Origin: Nitrosopumilaceae archaeon
GTDB taxonomy: Archaea; Thermoproteota; Nitrososphaeria; Nitrososphaerales; Nitrosopumilaceae
Reading direction: 5' to 3'
Length of the DNA: 16,467 nucleotides
Assembly (NCBI GenBank): GCA_965200155.1
Contig: CBDATR010000037.1
Coordinates: forward strand, 1-16,467
The notes under the pieces are model-generated. The model searched no databases and was not told the DNA's origin. It saw nothing but the letters and a program-made list of their open reading frames with translations. Shown piece after piece: positions 1 to 9,541 of this stretch (its first letter is position 1; each line of letters opens with the position of its first letter). Made by a program: the position numbers and the translations under genes.

Positions 1-80
1 ATGATACGCTCGGAGGCGAAGATCAGTGCGCCTATACCTATAACAATGGCGGCGATCTGGTTATGGGAACTATCTATCAT
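1..80 (-). CDS. 5' part of a small membrane protein (holin-like candidate), truncated by the window edge
   Basis: The ATG at 80-78 overlaps the upstream TGA (ATGA). It translates without a stop as MIDSSHNQIAAIVIGIGALIFASERI..., which includes a hydrophobic stretch. Not in the supplied ORF track. Confidence 0.55.
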   Translation of the reverse strand, partial: MIDSSHNQIAAIVIGIGALIFASERI

Positions 81-2671
81 CCTGAAGGTTCACTTTGAGT
101 TTGTAGGGCGGCGGCCTTTGAATAGTCTCGGCACGCCACAATCATACCGCCTATCGACTGCAGCTCTTGCCTGTTAGGATCGATATCGAGGTTGAAAGCT
201 ATGGAGGTAGCCAGGTCTTCGGGTCTGATACCACCACGCCTCGCCACCACACCATTACTCCCGTCAATGGATTGATTATCAGGGTGGAACACTGTGGCCT
301 GCATCTCCGTGTTCACCTGTCCTGTGGCTAATGCGCGAAGCTTGTTGTTGGACTGGTTCATAACCAAGGTGCTCGAGGCGAAGTCAACGAAGTAAGTGGG
401 CGATACGCCACCGAACGCTAGATATTTGAGACCATCGTTAGTAATAGCGCCTTCGGCTGCGGCCCTATAAGCATCGCGCGCCTGAATAGTCCCATCACCA
501 ATGTCAATTCTCAAGCCAACACTAGTGATGTCTGACACCATATAAGCTACGGTGCACAGTGAGTCAAGATCCTGTGTTGGGAACATATCAGTACCATCAG
601 GCATCTTGTCCTTTTCAAGTGTGGGGAATGCTATGGTTATAACACCACCTGAGCTTGCGTCAATCGTCTGCACTTGCGCCTTGTACCCGGGACGTGCTGC
701 CACTGCCTTAACCCCATCAACACTTTCAGTAAGTGACAAACCTGCACTAATACTACTAACGCCGGTAATTTTCTCCGTGCCCGTAGCTGTGAATAATGCT
801 ATATGGGCATTGCTATCAGCGCAAGTGACTGTGACCTGCGAAGTGGTACCGGTGCTATCAGCAACAACACCTGTCACTGGGAGATCATTGAGCGTGACAG
901 CCGCAGTACCAGCGTTGATATTGCCAGTGAAAGAGGCACCCGCAACATTGCCATGCGCTGCCCCCACCTTAAACCACCACTGAGTGCCGTCCCACTCAAT
1001 AGCAGGAGCGTATCTATATATAGTATTGGCTGGTATCGATACATCCTCTTGCACTGCCCACTCAAGAGCTGTGTCAACTGATGCTATCTGCGCTGTATGG
1101 CTAGAGAAGGTATATGTGGATCCACTCAGGTTTAGTGGTATCACCAAGTTGCCGGTGCCCCATGTAATACCAGTATCAATCGCCACCGTAAACCTATTAC
1201 CAGTCCTAGCAGCAGTATATACCCTCTTGGTGGTACCATTTATGGTGACCAGTCTGCCAGCCACGAAGTATTCTGCGATCATATCTGCAGACCATGTAGA
1301 ATTAGTTTCAAATACTACTTGGTCTATAGTGACCGCCGCCGATGGGATAGGACGCCTTGCGATAGGCTGGTTACCTGTAACCACACCATTATTCCAGGTG
1401 GGTCTGGGTACTGTCACTTCCGGGAAGTTAACCCAATGCGCAACCATTGCGTGATAGAGCCGGGCGCTAGTCGTAATCGAGGTGTAGGCATCAACATCCG
1501 CCTTATCCTCTGTGATGGCTGGATCCACATCAAGCTCAACATCAACGCGCTCGTCGACAGTGAAGTTACCGTGAATCTTACCTATAGGAGCAGCAATCGA
1601 AAAGTCCTGTCCGGCAATAGCAGGAAGAGGGAAGTGTTTAAATGACCGCACTTCATATCGCGGAGTGACATCTATCATATCATAGGTCCTGATAGTCGTG
1701 CCCGCACCTGTAATGCCACCGGGTGGATGCGCTCCACTCGTATTAATGTGGGACCGACCAGTGACGGCATACAGGGCGTCCATCGTTTCCGGCACGCTCA
1801 AAGACGTTATGTATGTGTCAGTCCTCGTATACCTAATACCCGCAGGCACACCGTCACTATTAGTATCGAAGATAGCGCGTAACGCCTGCGTATTCTCAGT
1901 CTCACGATCATCCCAGTAGGAAAGCCTGACACCTTCAGCATTCCCATTCGAGTCGATAAACCGCCAACATATAGTATACCCCTCGTAGTAGTGCGGATTG
2001 CTAGACCCAAACACTATCTTCGTGTTATCAAAGTTGGCGCCTTTGTTCCAATTATAAACTGAGTTATTACCAGAATTGCCGCTGCCAATCCAACCATGCG
2101 CGGCAGTGTTACTCATATTGGCGACATCGAAACCGACAAAGTCGAGCCTCGCTTGTCCCCAATTCAGGAACCCTGCCCCAACATTATCCACGACAACATC
2201 GCTGACTTGGGCAGGTACACCATCGATTTCCCATACCGCAATACCACGGAACAGCGTCTTGTCCAGAATGGCGCCAGTCTTGGTATAGACGAATAGCCTC
2301 TGGCGCTCATCGCGATCCGCTATAACACAACGCTTGAGATGACGCACGCGAATGTTCTGCCTAGTAGTAGAGCCACTAGCTAGGTCCTCATTGATTATAG
2401 AAGAGTTTTCTAAATCAACATTCCTAGTATTGGAGTGATAAGTTAGCGGGTCACTCCCTCCTATAGCGTTTTCTAGTATGCGAACTTGAGACTCATTAAT
2501 AATAAGACCAGCACTGCTGGCTGCCCGCAAGGCACCGTCGTTCGATCGAATGATAACAGTCTCACCATCAATGGTACCATCAGCTGTGACCGTAGCATTG
2601 ACATCAAGTATGCCATAGGTGGAATTGCGAGAGGCACCGGAAGCGCTAGTAATGGCGCTGCTAATAGACAT
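77..2671 (-). CDS. Putative tailspike / tail fibre / receptor-binding protein (~864 aa)
   Basis: Start reassigned from 2716 to the ATG at 2671 (MSISSAITS), preceded by TAAGGAG-TCTAATA-ATG. The protein is Thr/Gly/Asn/Ile/Val-rich and beta-dominated, and the first ~250 aa have a beta-helix-like pattern. It sits where T7-like phages encode the tail fibre. Confidence 0.6.
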   Translation of the reverse strand: MSISSAITSASGASRNSTYGILDVNATVTADGTIDGETVIIRSNDGALRAASSAGLIINESQVRILENAIGGSDPLTYHSNTRNVDLENSSIINEDLASGSTTRQNIRVRHLKRCVIADRDERQRLFVYTKTGAILDKTLFRGIAVWEIDGVPAQVSDVVVDNVGAGFLNWGQARLDFVGFDVANMSNTAAHGWIGSGNSGNNSVYNWNKGANFDNTKIVFGSSNPHYYEGYTICWRFIDSNGNAEGVRLSYWDDRETENTQALRAIFDTNSDGVPAGIRYTRTDTYITSLSVPETMDALYAVTGRSHINTSGAHPPGGITGAGTTIRTYDMIDVTPRYEVRSFKHFPLPAIAGQDFSIAAPIGKIHGNFTVDERVDVELDVDPAITEDKADVDAYTSITTSARLYHAMVAHWVNFPEVTVPRPTWNNGVVTGNQPIARRPIPSAAVTIDQVVFETNSTWSADMIAEYFVAGRLVTINGTTKRVYTAARTGNRFTVAIDTGITWGTGNLVIPLNLSGSTYTFSSHTAQIASVDTALEWAVQEDVSIPANTIYRYAPAIEWDGTQWWFKVGAAHGNVAGASFTGNINAGTAAVTLNDLPVTGVVADSTGTTSQVTVTCADSNAHIALFTATGTEKITGVSSISAGLSLTESVDGVKAVAARPGYKAQVQTIDASSGGVITIAFPTLEKDKMPDGTDMFPTQDLDSLCTVAYMVSDITSVGLRIDIGDGTIQARDAYRAAAEGAITNDGLKYLAFGGVSPTYFVDFASSTLVMNQSNNKLRALATGQVNTEMQATVFHPDNQSIDGSNGVVARRGGIRPEDLATSIAFNLDIDPNRQELQSIGGMIVACRDYSKAAALQTQSEPSG

Positions 2672-2678
2672 TATTAGA

Positions 2679-2685
2679 CTCCTTA
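2679..2685 (-). promoter_or_regulatory. Shine-Dalgarno site (TAAGGAG) for the tailspike-like gene
   Basis: The minus strand reads TAAGGAGTCTAATAATG: a near-consensus SD with a 7 nt spacer. Confidence 0.8.
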
Positions 2686-2970
2686 AGCGTAGGTTAGGGT
2701 AGCACGGTGGGGCCACGCTTCGGCCAGCGTGGTGTAGCTTGAATTGTCACTGGCAGTAGCGTCGGCACGCGTGGCATCGGCTCGTGCGATCCTTCTCACA
2801 AGCCAACCGCCGTTAACGTCTGCCCACCCTAGGTAGAAGTATTCTGCGGCTGCCTCATCTCTATCAGGCGTCGGCAGGAAGTCGCCGCCAGCCACCACCA
2901 CAGGCGCCGTACCTGTGCCTGTGCCTTTATTCTTAGACCCAACGGGGCTGTGGACAATCCCCAGCAACAT
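2683..2970 (-). CDS. Small hypothetical phage protein (95 aa), probably tail-associated
   Basis: TGATG coupling. Gly/Thr linker followed by an aromatic domain, YFYLGWADVNGGWLVRRI...AWPHRATLTY. Its TAA overlaps the next gene's SD (TAAGGAG). Confidence 0.7.
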   Translation of the reverse strand: MLLGIVHSPVGSKNKGTGTGTAPVVVAGGDFLPTPDRDEAAAEYFYLGWADVNGGWLVRRIARADATRADATASDNSSYTTLAEAWPHRATLTYA

Positions 2971-3230
2971 CAGCTAATCTCCCAGTCGATAGTCTCGCCA
3001 CTCTCAACAGCCGTACAGCGTAGCCTATACTGCCTCCCTTGACTACCACTAAAGATAACATCCTCGGCGTCGGCAGTCCACCTACCATCCGGCACATTCC
3101 GCCAACCACCGTTGATGTTGCGCTGCAATTGCACAGTACCAGTGCCACTAAAGTTTAGCGAGACATCTGCTCTCGTGTTGATGACGACAGTTGCACTCGT
3201 ACCAGCCGCTGAAAAAGTTCCACTAGCCAT
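2970..3230 (-). CDS. Small beta-sandwich phage protein, probably structural (86 aa)
   Basis: TAATG overlap upstream and TGATG overlap downstream. The alternating beta-strand pattern GTVQLQRNINGGWRNV...YRLRCTAVESG resembles small jelly-roll proteins found near phage tail genes. Confidence 0.7.
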   Translation of the reverse strand: MASGTFSAAGTSATVVINTRADVSLNFSGTGTVQLQRNINGGWRNVPDGRWTADAEDVIFSGSQGRQYRLRCTAVESGETIDWEIS

Positions 3231-6200
3231 TACTTGTATACCTCATCTTCCAGGGTGTTTAACACAGGGCGAATATAGGATACATTCGCCAATGGTGACA
3301 ACCTCCGTATAGCCTTAAAGGTTGTTTGATTAGGTTCAGACGCTGTTCCAATTGCCTTCTGCAGGTCCTTCACAAAGCCAACCGAGGGACCACCCGCATC
3401 AATGATAGGATCATCGAATGGGCGATAACTCTTTGAGGTCGATTCGCCTGAGAACTGTACAAAATCCGCAACCCCGGGTATCTTAGATCCGATATTCAGT
3501 ATTTCCTGCAACGGGCCAAGTAGACCACTGCGGTTGATAGACTCATCCATCCACTTATCATAGTCTGCATTCCGCATCCGGGCTGCTTGATCTTCCCCAG
3601 CAAGGATTGACCATGTATACCACGACGCGGCACCCAATGCAAGCGCCATTCCACTACCTGCCAAAATATTTAGGTTGCCGTACTTCAACTCTTGAGCGCT
3701 GTACAGTAGTGTCTTGGTAATGGAGGCGAATGCGAAGCTGCGAAACTGAAAGATTAGTTTGCCAAACATAGTCTCGTCCATGATGGCGGGACGCTCGAAA
3801 CCCGGTGTAACGATGGTATCATCGACCATACGCACGATGGCTTGGCGAAACATTTGCGCAACCTGTGGATCCTTCCAATCCTCAGTATTGGGCACAAGCA
3901 CGCCTTTATAATTGGAGGCGCCACCTGCTTGTATCTCAGCCCAAATTGCATTAGCCTCTTCCTCACCAATGTTAGTATGGGCGAGGAATCTTTCCGCTAC
4001 GGCCTTGTTACCCTTACCAGTCTGCAACACCTCGATGTCATGAATAATGCGCTGCATTGTGAGGGCGCCAACAGTCTGTTTCCAAAACGCATTCCAGAAA
4101 TCAAACAGCGCAATCCTGCCCATGTTGTTGGTCAAGTACTGCAAATAGCGTTCACCCTTATTACCTAGACCATAATCGTCAAAGGTATCTGTTATAGCTT
4201 GCAGTCGTGCGTGCGTCAACAAGTCCAGTCCTGCTCCTGCATAGCGAGCTTCACGAGCCCCCGCCTCCAACGCCTTGAAGTTGGTAAACATGTGGCGCAG
4301 GCCGTCGCGGTAAATAGATTCTACACCCAGACGCTTAATGAGGTTGCCGGGATCAGCCAACGAAGCGATCACGACGCCGCCCATCAACCTCAGCGTGTTG
4401 AGATTGAGCAGCGTTTTACCAGCCCTCCAAGGTATACTCTCCGGATCCTCGGGTATACCTCGCATGTCACGCGCCCGCTCTATAACCTCACGCAGCTCTT
4501 TAACTCCTCGCGTGTATTCCCTGTTGATACGAGCAAGTGCCTTTTCCGCCTCTTTCCCTTCGAGCTCCTCCTTCGCCTTAGCCCTCATCTCCTCAACTTG
4601 CTGATTTACTTGCTTAAGGAAATCAGCATCCTTGCCAAGCGGATTAACAGTGCCGAATGTTCGGTATATCTCAAAGTCTGCACCCACCGTACGCGTGTAG
4701 ATGCGTGCGAGATGGTCAAGGTCTCGCTCCATAAAATCAGCGTATTTATAACCATTGGACCATACCCTCAGTGGATCAATGTTAAGCGTACGTTCCAACT
4801 CAGGACCACGCTCTAACATCGTTGATACGAGAGGTATACGACTAACCTCTTTGAGGAATTTAGATGATGTGATCTCGGCTTGCTTGCGCGCTACCTTTCC
4901 TATATTAGATATTGCATCGTCAAACTCTCCGCCTTCGTCCAGCAACCCCTGTTTAACAAGACGATTCCTTACATTAATATGATCTCGCTTAATTGCGTCT
5001 TCAAACTCAGACTGTCTCTGCTTCACAAGTTCAGGATCATATTTCTTCTTGTCTTCAATCAGCTCCATCAAGCGTCTCTCACGCCTTCTAATGATAACCG
5101 TCTTTGCATCATTGAGCTCTAGGAGGCGTGTCTCCAATGATGCTGCCATCTTGCCTGTTAACCTGTTCCTCCCATACACCTTAGTTCTTATCAATGAAGC
5201 AGGGTCAAGACCTATTTCAGATGCAGCTATCTTAAACGCCTCCATTTCTCCAAAATAAAATTCCTTTTCTTCTAATAGTTGATTTAGCTCATGCTCAGCA
5301 TATTTAATCTCATCAGCATTCTCTTTCTTTGATTTACCTTCTTTATTCTCACGCGCTTTGTCTAACACCCATCGCTTCTGCCGTATTCTTCCTGATAGGG
5401 AGGCCATAAATCTATGTACTGCATTAAGAACTTCTACAGAGTGTTTAGCTTTTTCGGTTCTAGTAGGATTAGCTAGAACTTTGGCATGCGCAGCTTCCAT
5501 TCTCATATCGTACGAAGGGAAATCCTTAGTCAACTTCTCAGCCTTAGCAAATACCTTCTTCATATCCGCATCTAGTTTCGTCAGCTCGGCTTCTTTCACC
5601 TTTTTAGGTGTCCTTACACCAACGCGTTCCCCCTTAAACTCCACCACACGCTCATCCATTAAAGAGATACGAGAAGAGAGGTCTGTCACCTTCGCCATCA
5701 GCCGATTAATCTCTCTAACCTGAACATGCTCAACACGCGCGATTTCCTTTTCCTGCTTTAGCATCCTCCGTTCCAACGCAACCTTACTCTTCCGCAAATT
5801 AGCGAGACGATTCTTAATCCCACGAACCTTCTTGGGTTGCGCCGTCTTAATCTGAGTTGTCAGCAGCTTTTCCAACTCATCAAACTCAAACTCTGATACA
5901 TCCAGATCTTTAATAGCCTGCCGTCTTCCCTCTGACCTCTCCTTCAGACTCTCTAGCGCTTTATGAACCCTACCGCTTATCGTCTCCGCAAAATATTCAG
6001 TCAGTATTTCAACAAACTGCTCATGTTTACCTGTAACGATTTGGCGTCGCACCTTATGAGGTACGTAGCGGTTAGGATCCATCCACTTATCTGCACCAGT
6101 AAAACCTAGCCGCTCTGCTTCATCAAAGAAGGGACGGAACACATATTGCTGATACGCCTCCACTACCTCTGCAATAACAGGAGGATCGTCAGATTCCCTA

Positions 6201-7339
6201 ACCCCTCTGTCGATAGCATCAGAAGCCCTCTCTAGTATCTCCTTTTTACTCATACGATCAGCTGCACGCGGTACCTCTTTCTGGTACGCCTTAATAGCCG
6301 CGATGCTAGCTTCATGCGCTCTCTTATACTGTCCCTCCCAAGCCTTCTTCCTGCTAGACACATCACTAGTCGCGGCAATCTTACCTTCGCTATCACGGAA
6401 CAGGAGGCCGCCACTGTCAAGCGCTCGCATGCTATCGCTTATAATAGGTATGTCATTCAGGTAGCCAGACACCGTTGGAGAGTTGAGCGCTGCAAATCTA
6501 GCCACCTTACCAAAGAAAGTGGCCGTACCCAGCGCACTATCTAGTCTAACATCCCCATCCGCGGCTTCAGCTACTGCCTCATCGCCGGTGGGATTAATCG
6601 GCGGCCCAGCTTCATCACTAACCACAACGCCAGGAGGAATAGCAGCGTCGTCCGCAGCCTCGACGGCAGGCGTGGGAACAGCCGATGGAGCTTCGTGGGG
6701 AACAATGACCTCCTCATCAAAGGCCTGCGGCGTAGGTATTCGACCGGCAAGGGCTCCCACCCCCGCGCCCAAAGCACCGCCAAGTAGTGCGCCCGCAGCC
6801 ACATTAGTTGCACTCTCAAAGAGAGTCCTGTCATTAACATTCTCCTGCAGGATTGCTTCCTGTATGCCTACGGCGGCTGCGGCTGCCGCACTCGTCGTAC
6901 CGGCCGTCTTTAATGCTGTCGTTCCCAGTCGCGCGCCTCTCACCACAGCACCTCCCGGCAATAGCGTCGTCGGCGAGACTATGCCTGCTACCAAGGTGGC
7001 GGCAAATGCATTCAGCCCACTGCGTTCCAGCGTCTCACGCGAAGCGATCTTACTTCTCAACCTAGCCTGTATCAGGTCATATTCAGCGGCGCTTTGTGCT
7101 CCCAGAAATTCACCCGTATATGCTTCGAATAGAGGATCGTCCTTACCATACTCAGGCAGGTTAAACTCAGGGTCCATAGGTATGCTTTGTTGTTCGACGA
7201 TCTCCACCAGTGCAGTGATATCGCTTTCGAGATCGAAGGCGGAGCGCCACACGCCTCGCTCTGATAATGGCTGGCGTGTAACGGGCTCTACCACTGGTTC
7301 AAGTGGACCAGTCTCTTTCTCAGCAGTTACAAAAGGCAT
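3230..7339 (-). CDS. Large internal virion / ejection protein, gp16-like (1369 aa)
   Basis: N-terminal Gly/Ala hydrophobic helices (AFAATLVAGIVSPTTLLPGG; VAAGALLGGALGAGVGALAG), a YVPH motif, and C-terminal IVTPG..RP.....GKLIFQFRSFAFA (QFRSF at 3734-3748) and INRSGLLG, which I recognise from podovirus internal virion proteins. The start has an SD-like GGAGAAGG. It is the largest gene of the ejection trio. Confidence 0.8.
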   Translation of the reverse strand: MPFVTAEKETGPLEPVVEPVTRQPLSERGVWRSAFDLESDITALVEIVEQQSIPMDPEFNLPEYGKDDPLFEAYTGEFLGAQSAAEYDLIQARLRSKIASRETLERSGLNAFAATLVAGIVSPTTLLPGGAVVRGARLGTTALKTAGTTSAAAAAAVGIQEAILQENVNDRTLFESATNVAAGALLGGALGAGVGALAGRIPTPQAFDEEVIVPHEAPSAVPTPAVEAADDAAIPPGVVVSDEAGPPINPTGDEAVAEAADGDVRLDSALGTATFFGKVARFAALNSPTVSGYLNDIPIISDSMRALDSGGLLFRDSEGKIAATSDVSSRKKAWEGQYKRAHEASIAAIKAYQKEVPRAADRMSKKEILERASDAIDRGVRESDDPPVIAEVVEAYQQYVFRPFFDEAERLGFTGADKWMDPNRYVPHKVRRQIVTGKHEQFVEILTEYFAETISGRVHKALESLKERSEGRRQAIKDLDVSEFEFDELEKLLTTQIKTAQPKKVRGIKNRLANLRKSKVALERRMLKQEKEIARVEHVQVREINRLMAKVTDLSSRISLMDERVVEFKGERVGVRTPKKVKEAELTKLDADMKKVFAKAEKLTKDFPSYDMRMEAAHAKVLANPTRTEKAKHSVEVLNAVHRFMASLSGRIRQKRWVLDKARENKEGKSKKENADEIKYAEHELNQLLEEKEFYFGEMEAFKIAASEIGLDPASLIRTKVYGRNRLTGKMAASLETRLLELNDAKTVIIRRRERRLMELIEDKKKYDPELVKQRQSEFEDAIKRDHINVRNRLVKQGLLDEGGEFDDAISNIGKVARKQAEITSSKFLKEVSRIPLVSTMLERGPELERTLNIDPLRVWSNGYKYADFMERDLDHLARIYTRTVGADFEIYRTFGTVNPLGKDADFLKQVNQQVEEMRAKAKEELEGKEAEKALARINREYTRGVKELREVIERARDMRGIPEDPESIPWRAGKTLLNLNTLRLMGGVVIASLADPGNLIKRLGVESIYRDGLRHMFTNFKALEAGAREARYAGAGLDLLTHARLQAITDTFDDYGLGNKGERYLQYLTNNMGRIALFDFWNAFWKQTVGALTMQRIIHDIEVLQTGKGNKAVAERFLAHTNIGEEEANAIWAEIQAGGASNYKGVLVPNTEDWKDPQVAQMFRQAIVRMVDDTIVTPGFERPAIMDETMFGKLIFQFRSFAFASITKTLLYSAQELKYGNLNILAGSGMALALGAASWYTWSILAGEDQAARMRNADYDKWMDESINRSGLLGPLQEILNIGSKIPGVADFVQFSGESTSKSYRPFDDPIIDAGGPSVGFVKDLQKAIGTASEPNQTTFKAIRRLSPLANVSYIRPVLNTLEDEVYK

Positions 7340-7369
7340 GTGATAACCTTCTCCATTTTATGGACAGGG

Positions 7370-9541
7370 TTATGGCGAGACTGTGCCATAAAGATCAAAG
7401 TTCGCATTATCTTCTAGCAGGATACTATGTGCCGCATCCGTAGCCACCTCATCCGGCGCTGGATAATAGCGCATCGCATTACCATTATTATCTCTCAGTA
7501 CATCAACAAGACCTGCCTCATCAGTATACATCACCAGATAGGATACCTCTCGACCAGCATTGTGCAACCTGCGCGTGCTCTCATCCGCAAACAGCCGCAC
7601 ATCCGCGTAGTTTGGCACACCGAGGGCTGCCATATCCCGGCGCAGCTGCGGTTCTACCCAGCTATGGCTATAGTTACTGCCATCGTACAGCGTCGGGATA
7701 CCGACAGCCGAAGGCGCCAAGTACATAGAAGTGCCGTTGATATTGCGCCCCCAGTCCTTCAGTATCCTCTCCTTAGCCGCGTCTTCTGCATCATCCCAGT
7801 CCATACCACGCAGGAAGAATTGCCTGTGCAGAGATTGAAAATCGCGCTGTGCGTACGGCAAGCCAAAAGAATCTGCCGGTGCGTCTTCCAGATCCAGCAC
7901 ATCTATGATTGTTTCTGGATTGCCAATGTCCTCCTCGAGGATCATCTTATTGTATTCAGACTCGAGGACTTGTCGTACGGCGGTCTGCGCTGGTTCATTG
8001 TACGAGCGCAGTGCTACCATCGCCTCTTCAGGTGACGCAGGTTTGCGATTATACTTCCAGAACACATACTGATCATACTGCTGATTGGACAGACTGTTCA
8101 GCAAGGTGTCGGGACGCAGCGTAGACAGAGCTGTGAGCATCATCTGCGCTTGGTCAGTAGTCCCCGACAGCACAACAGACCATATATCTTTGGCGATGTT
8201 GTCTGACATGAAGCCGACCTTGTCGAACTCGTTCATATACGGACGCGGATCTTCAAGCATACCCTCCTTGCCTCGAGTATGCTCCCACCAGCTATCCATC
8301 TCCCTACTATTCGCGCCCTTCGATAGCACAGCATAAGGGTTGTCAATTTGTTCTTGGAACTCAGCCGCGGTCAAGCGCAGATTATTATGCGCCCTATAAG
8401 CCTCTTTAATCTTATTCTTATCTCTGTCATTGATATCCATAACCATGTGCTGTTCAAACGACGCATCTGTTTGATCCGCGATATCACCGATGAAACGATT
8501 AGCCGTATGAGCACTGGTCTGGTTATACTGCGCCTGCCACTCCCTGCTCGCATTCGCGACTATATCAGGTATCCTACCAAGAATGTCCTCATATTGAAAG
8601 TCTGCTTGTGCGGACTGGACGAAGCTACCCAGATCGGGGCGTGAGGAAGGATTGTCAAGGATCCGGGTAGCTTCGCCAGTTAACTTGCTAGTTAGCGCCG
8701 TTTCTTTGAGGGCATCTCGTAACTCCTGTTTCTTAAGTTCGGGAAGATCTGCGGCTTGTATAGCACTCTCTACAAGCCTGAAGTGGTCCTGTGCCTGCCC
8801 CGGGTGCAACACGATGTTGGCACCCGCTGCCTCAATACGCTCCAGAATGCCCGCTTCATTCTGCGTGTACCTGGCCCGTATCTCAACATCAGTCCGCGCG
8901 TTGTCCAAGTCATTATAGTACACCGGCAGCACAACAGCTTCAATATGATCGCGCACATGCGCCGGTGCCTTGATAACAGCTTCAGTCACCAGCTGATCTA
9001 GCTGCTCTTCATCAACCTGTTCACCCCTCTTCAACGCAGCGTGAAGCGGCTCGAAGATGCTGTCAAGCTCATTCGTAACCATGGTCTTCTCGGTGAACCA
9101 ACGCGTGTCCACTGCCTCACCATACTCGGGCAGCAGGGTGTTCATTGCGAGCATATTCAACTTGGCTGTCTCATTATCATCCAAGTTCTGCTCACGCGCG
9201 TATGTGTGCACCGCATCATTAACTGTGTTGATCAATGCTTGGGGCGATACATCCCGCAACAAGTCCGTTATGGTATAGCCGAGTTCAGAGATGAACGGCT
9301 CATAGATGGCATTGTCTCGTATCACTGAGAGTCTGGTGATGAGAGAAGTCTTCAGTTCATCAAGCCGACGGATAATCTTCTGCGAGGGATCCTGTCCCAG
9401 TATGTTCGCCTCTAGTTCGGCAACTGCGGCGTCAAACTGTTCGCGCGTGACTATGTTCCCGTCAATCATCTCCAGTTCAATGGCGTTGACTGAGGTCTCT
9501 AATTGAGTCGATAAGCTCATCAAGCCTGACATTCTCAGCAT
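7370..9541 (-). CDS. Internal virion protein, gp15-like, C-terminal part (723 aa; start uncertain)
   Basis: Long acidic, alpha-helical ORF between the gp14-like and gp16-like genes, with a beta-containing C-terminal end (VRLFADESTRR..SYLVMYTDEAG). Overlaps the upstream ORF by 65 nt. Confidence 0.65.
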   Translation of the reverse strand: MLRMSGLMSLSTQLETSVNAIELEMIDGNIVTREQFDAAVAELEANILGQDPSQKIIRRLDELKTSLITRLSVIRDNAIYEPFISELGYTITDLLRDVSPQALINTVNDAVHTYAREQNLDDNETAKLNMLAMNTLLPEYGEAVDTRWFTEKTMVTNELDSIFEPLHAALKRGEQVDEEQLDQLVTEAVIKAPAHVRDHIEAVVLPVYYNDLDNARTDVEIRARYTQNEAGILERIEAAGANIVLHPGQAQDHFRLVESAIQAADLPELKKQELRDALKETALTSKLTGEATRILDNPSSRPDLGSFVQSAQADFQYEDILGRIPDIVANASREWQAQYNQTSAHTANRFIGDIADQTDASFEQHMVMDINDRDKNKIKEAYRAHNNLRLTAAEFQEQIDNPYAVLSKGANSREMDSWWEHTRGKEGMLEDPRPYMNEFDKVGFMSDNIAKDIWSVVLSGTTDQAQMMLTALSTLRPDTLLNSLSNQQYDQYVFWKYNRKPASPEEAMVALRSYNEPAQTAVRQVLESEYNKMILEEDIGNPETIIDVLDLEDAPADSFGLPYAQRDFQSLHRQFFLRGMDWDDAEDAAKERILKDWGRNINGTSMYLAPSAVGIPTLYDGSNYSHSWVEPQLRRDMAALGVPNYADVRLFADESTRRLHNAGREVSYLVMYTDEAGLVDVLRDNNGNAMRYYPAPDEVATDAAHSILLEDNANFDLYGTVSP

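Noticed and set aside
2672-2716. N-terminal extension MAPPCYPNLRLRSLI of the 879 aa ORF
   Set aside because: It overlaps the upstream gene, and the ATG at 2671 has a strong SD at good spacing.
2933-3148. 71 aa alternative-frame minus-strand ORF and similar short nested ORFs
   Set aside because: They overlap better-supported coupled genes and have no SD or recognisable protein features.
6483-7343. 286 aa plus-strand ORF, and the many other plus-strand ORFs
   Set aside because: They are antisense shadows of long minus-strand genes with biased, low-information composition. The minus strand already forms a coherent coupled operon.
7340-7369. Longest intergenic gap, examined for a terminator or phage RNA polymerase promoter
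   Set aside because: It is only 30 nt and holds the SD. There is no GC hairpin with a U-tract, and no second copy of a promoter-like motif elsewhere in the window.
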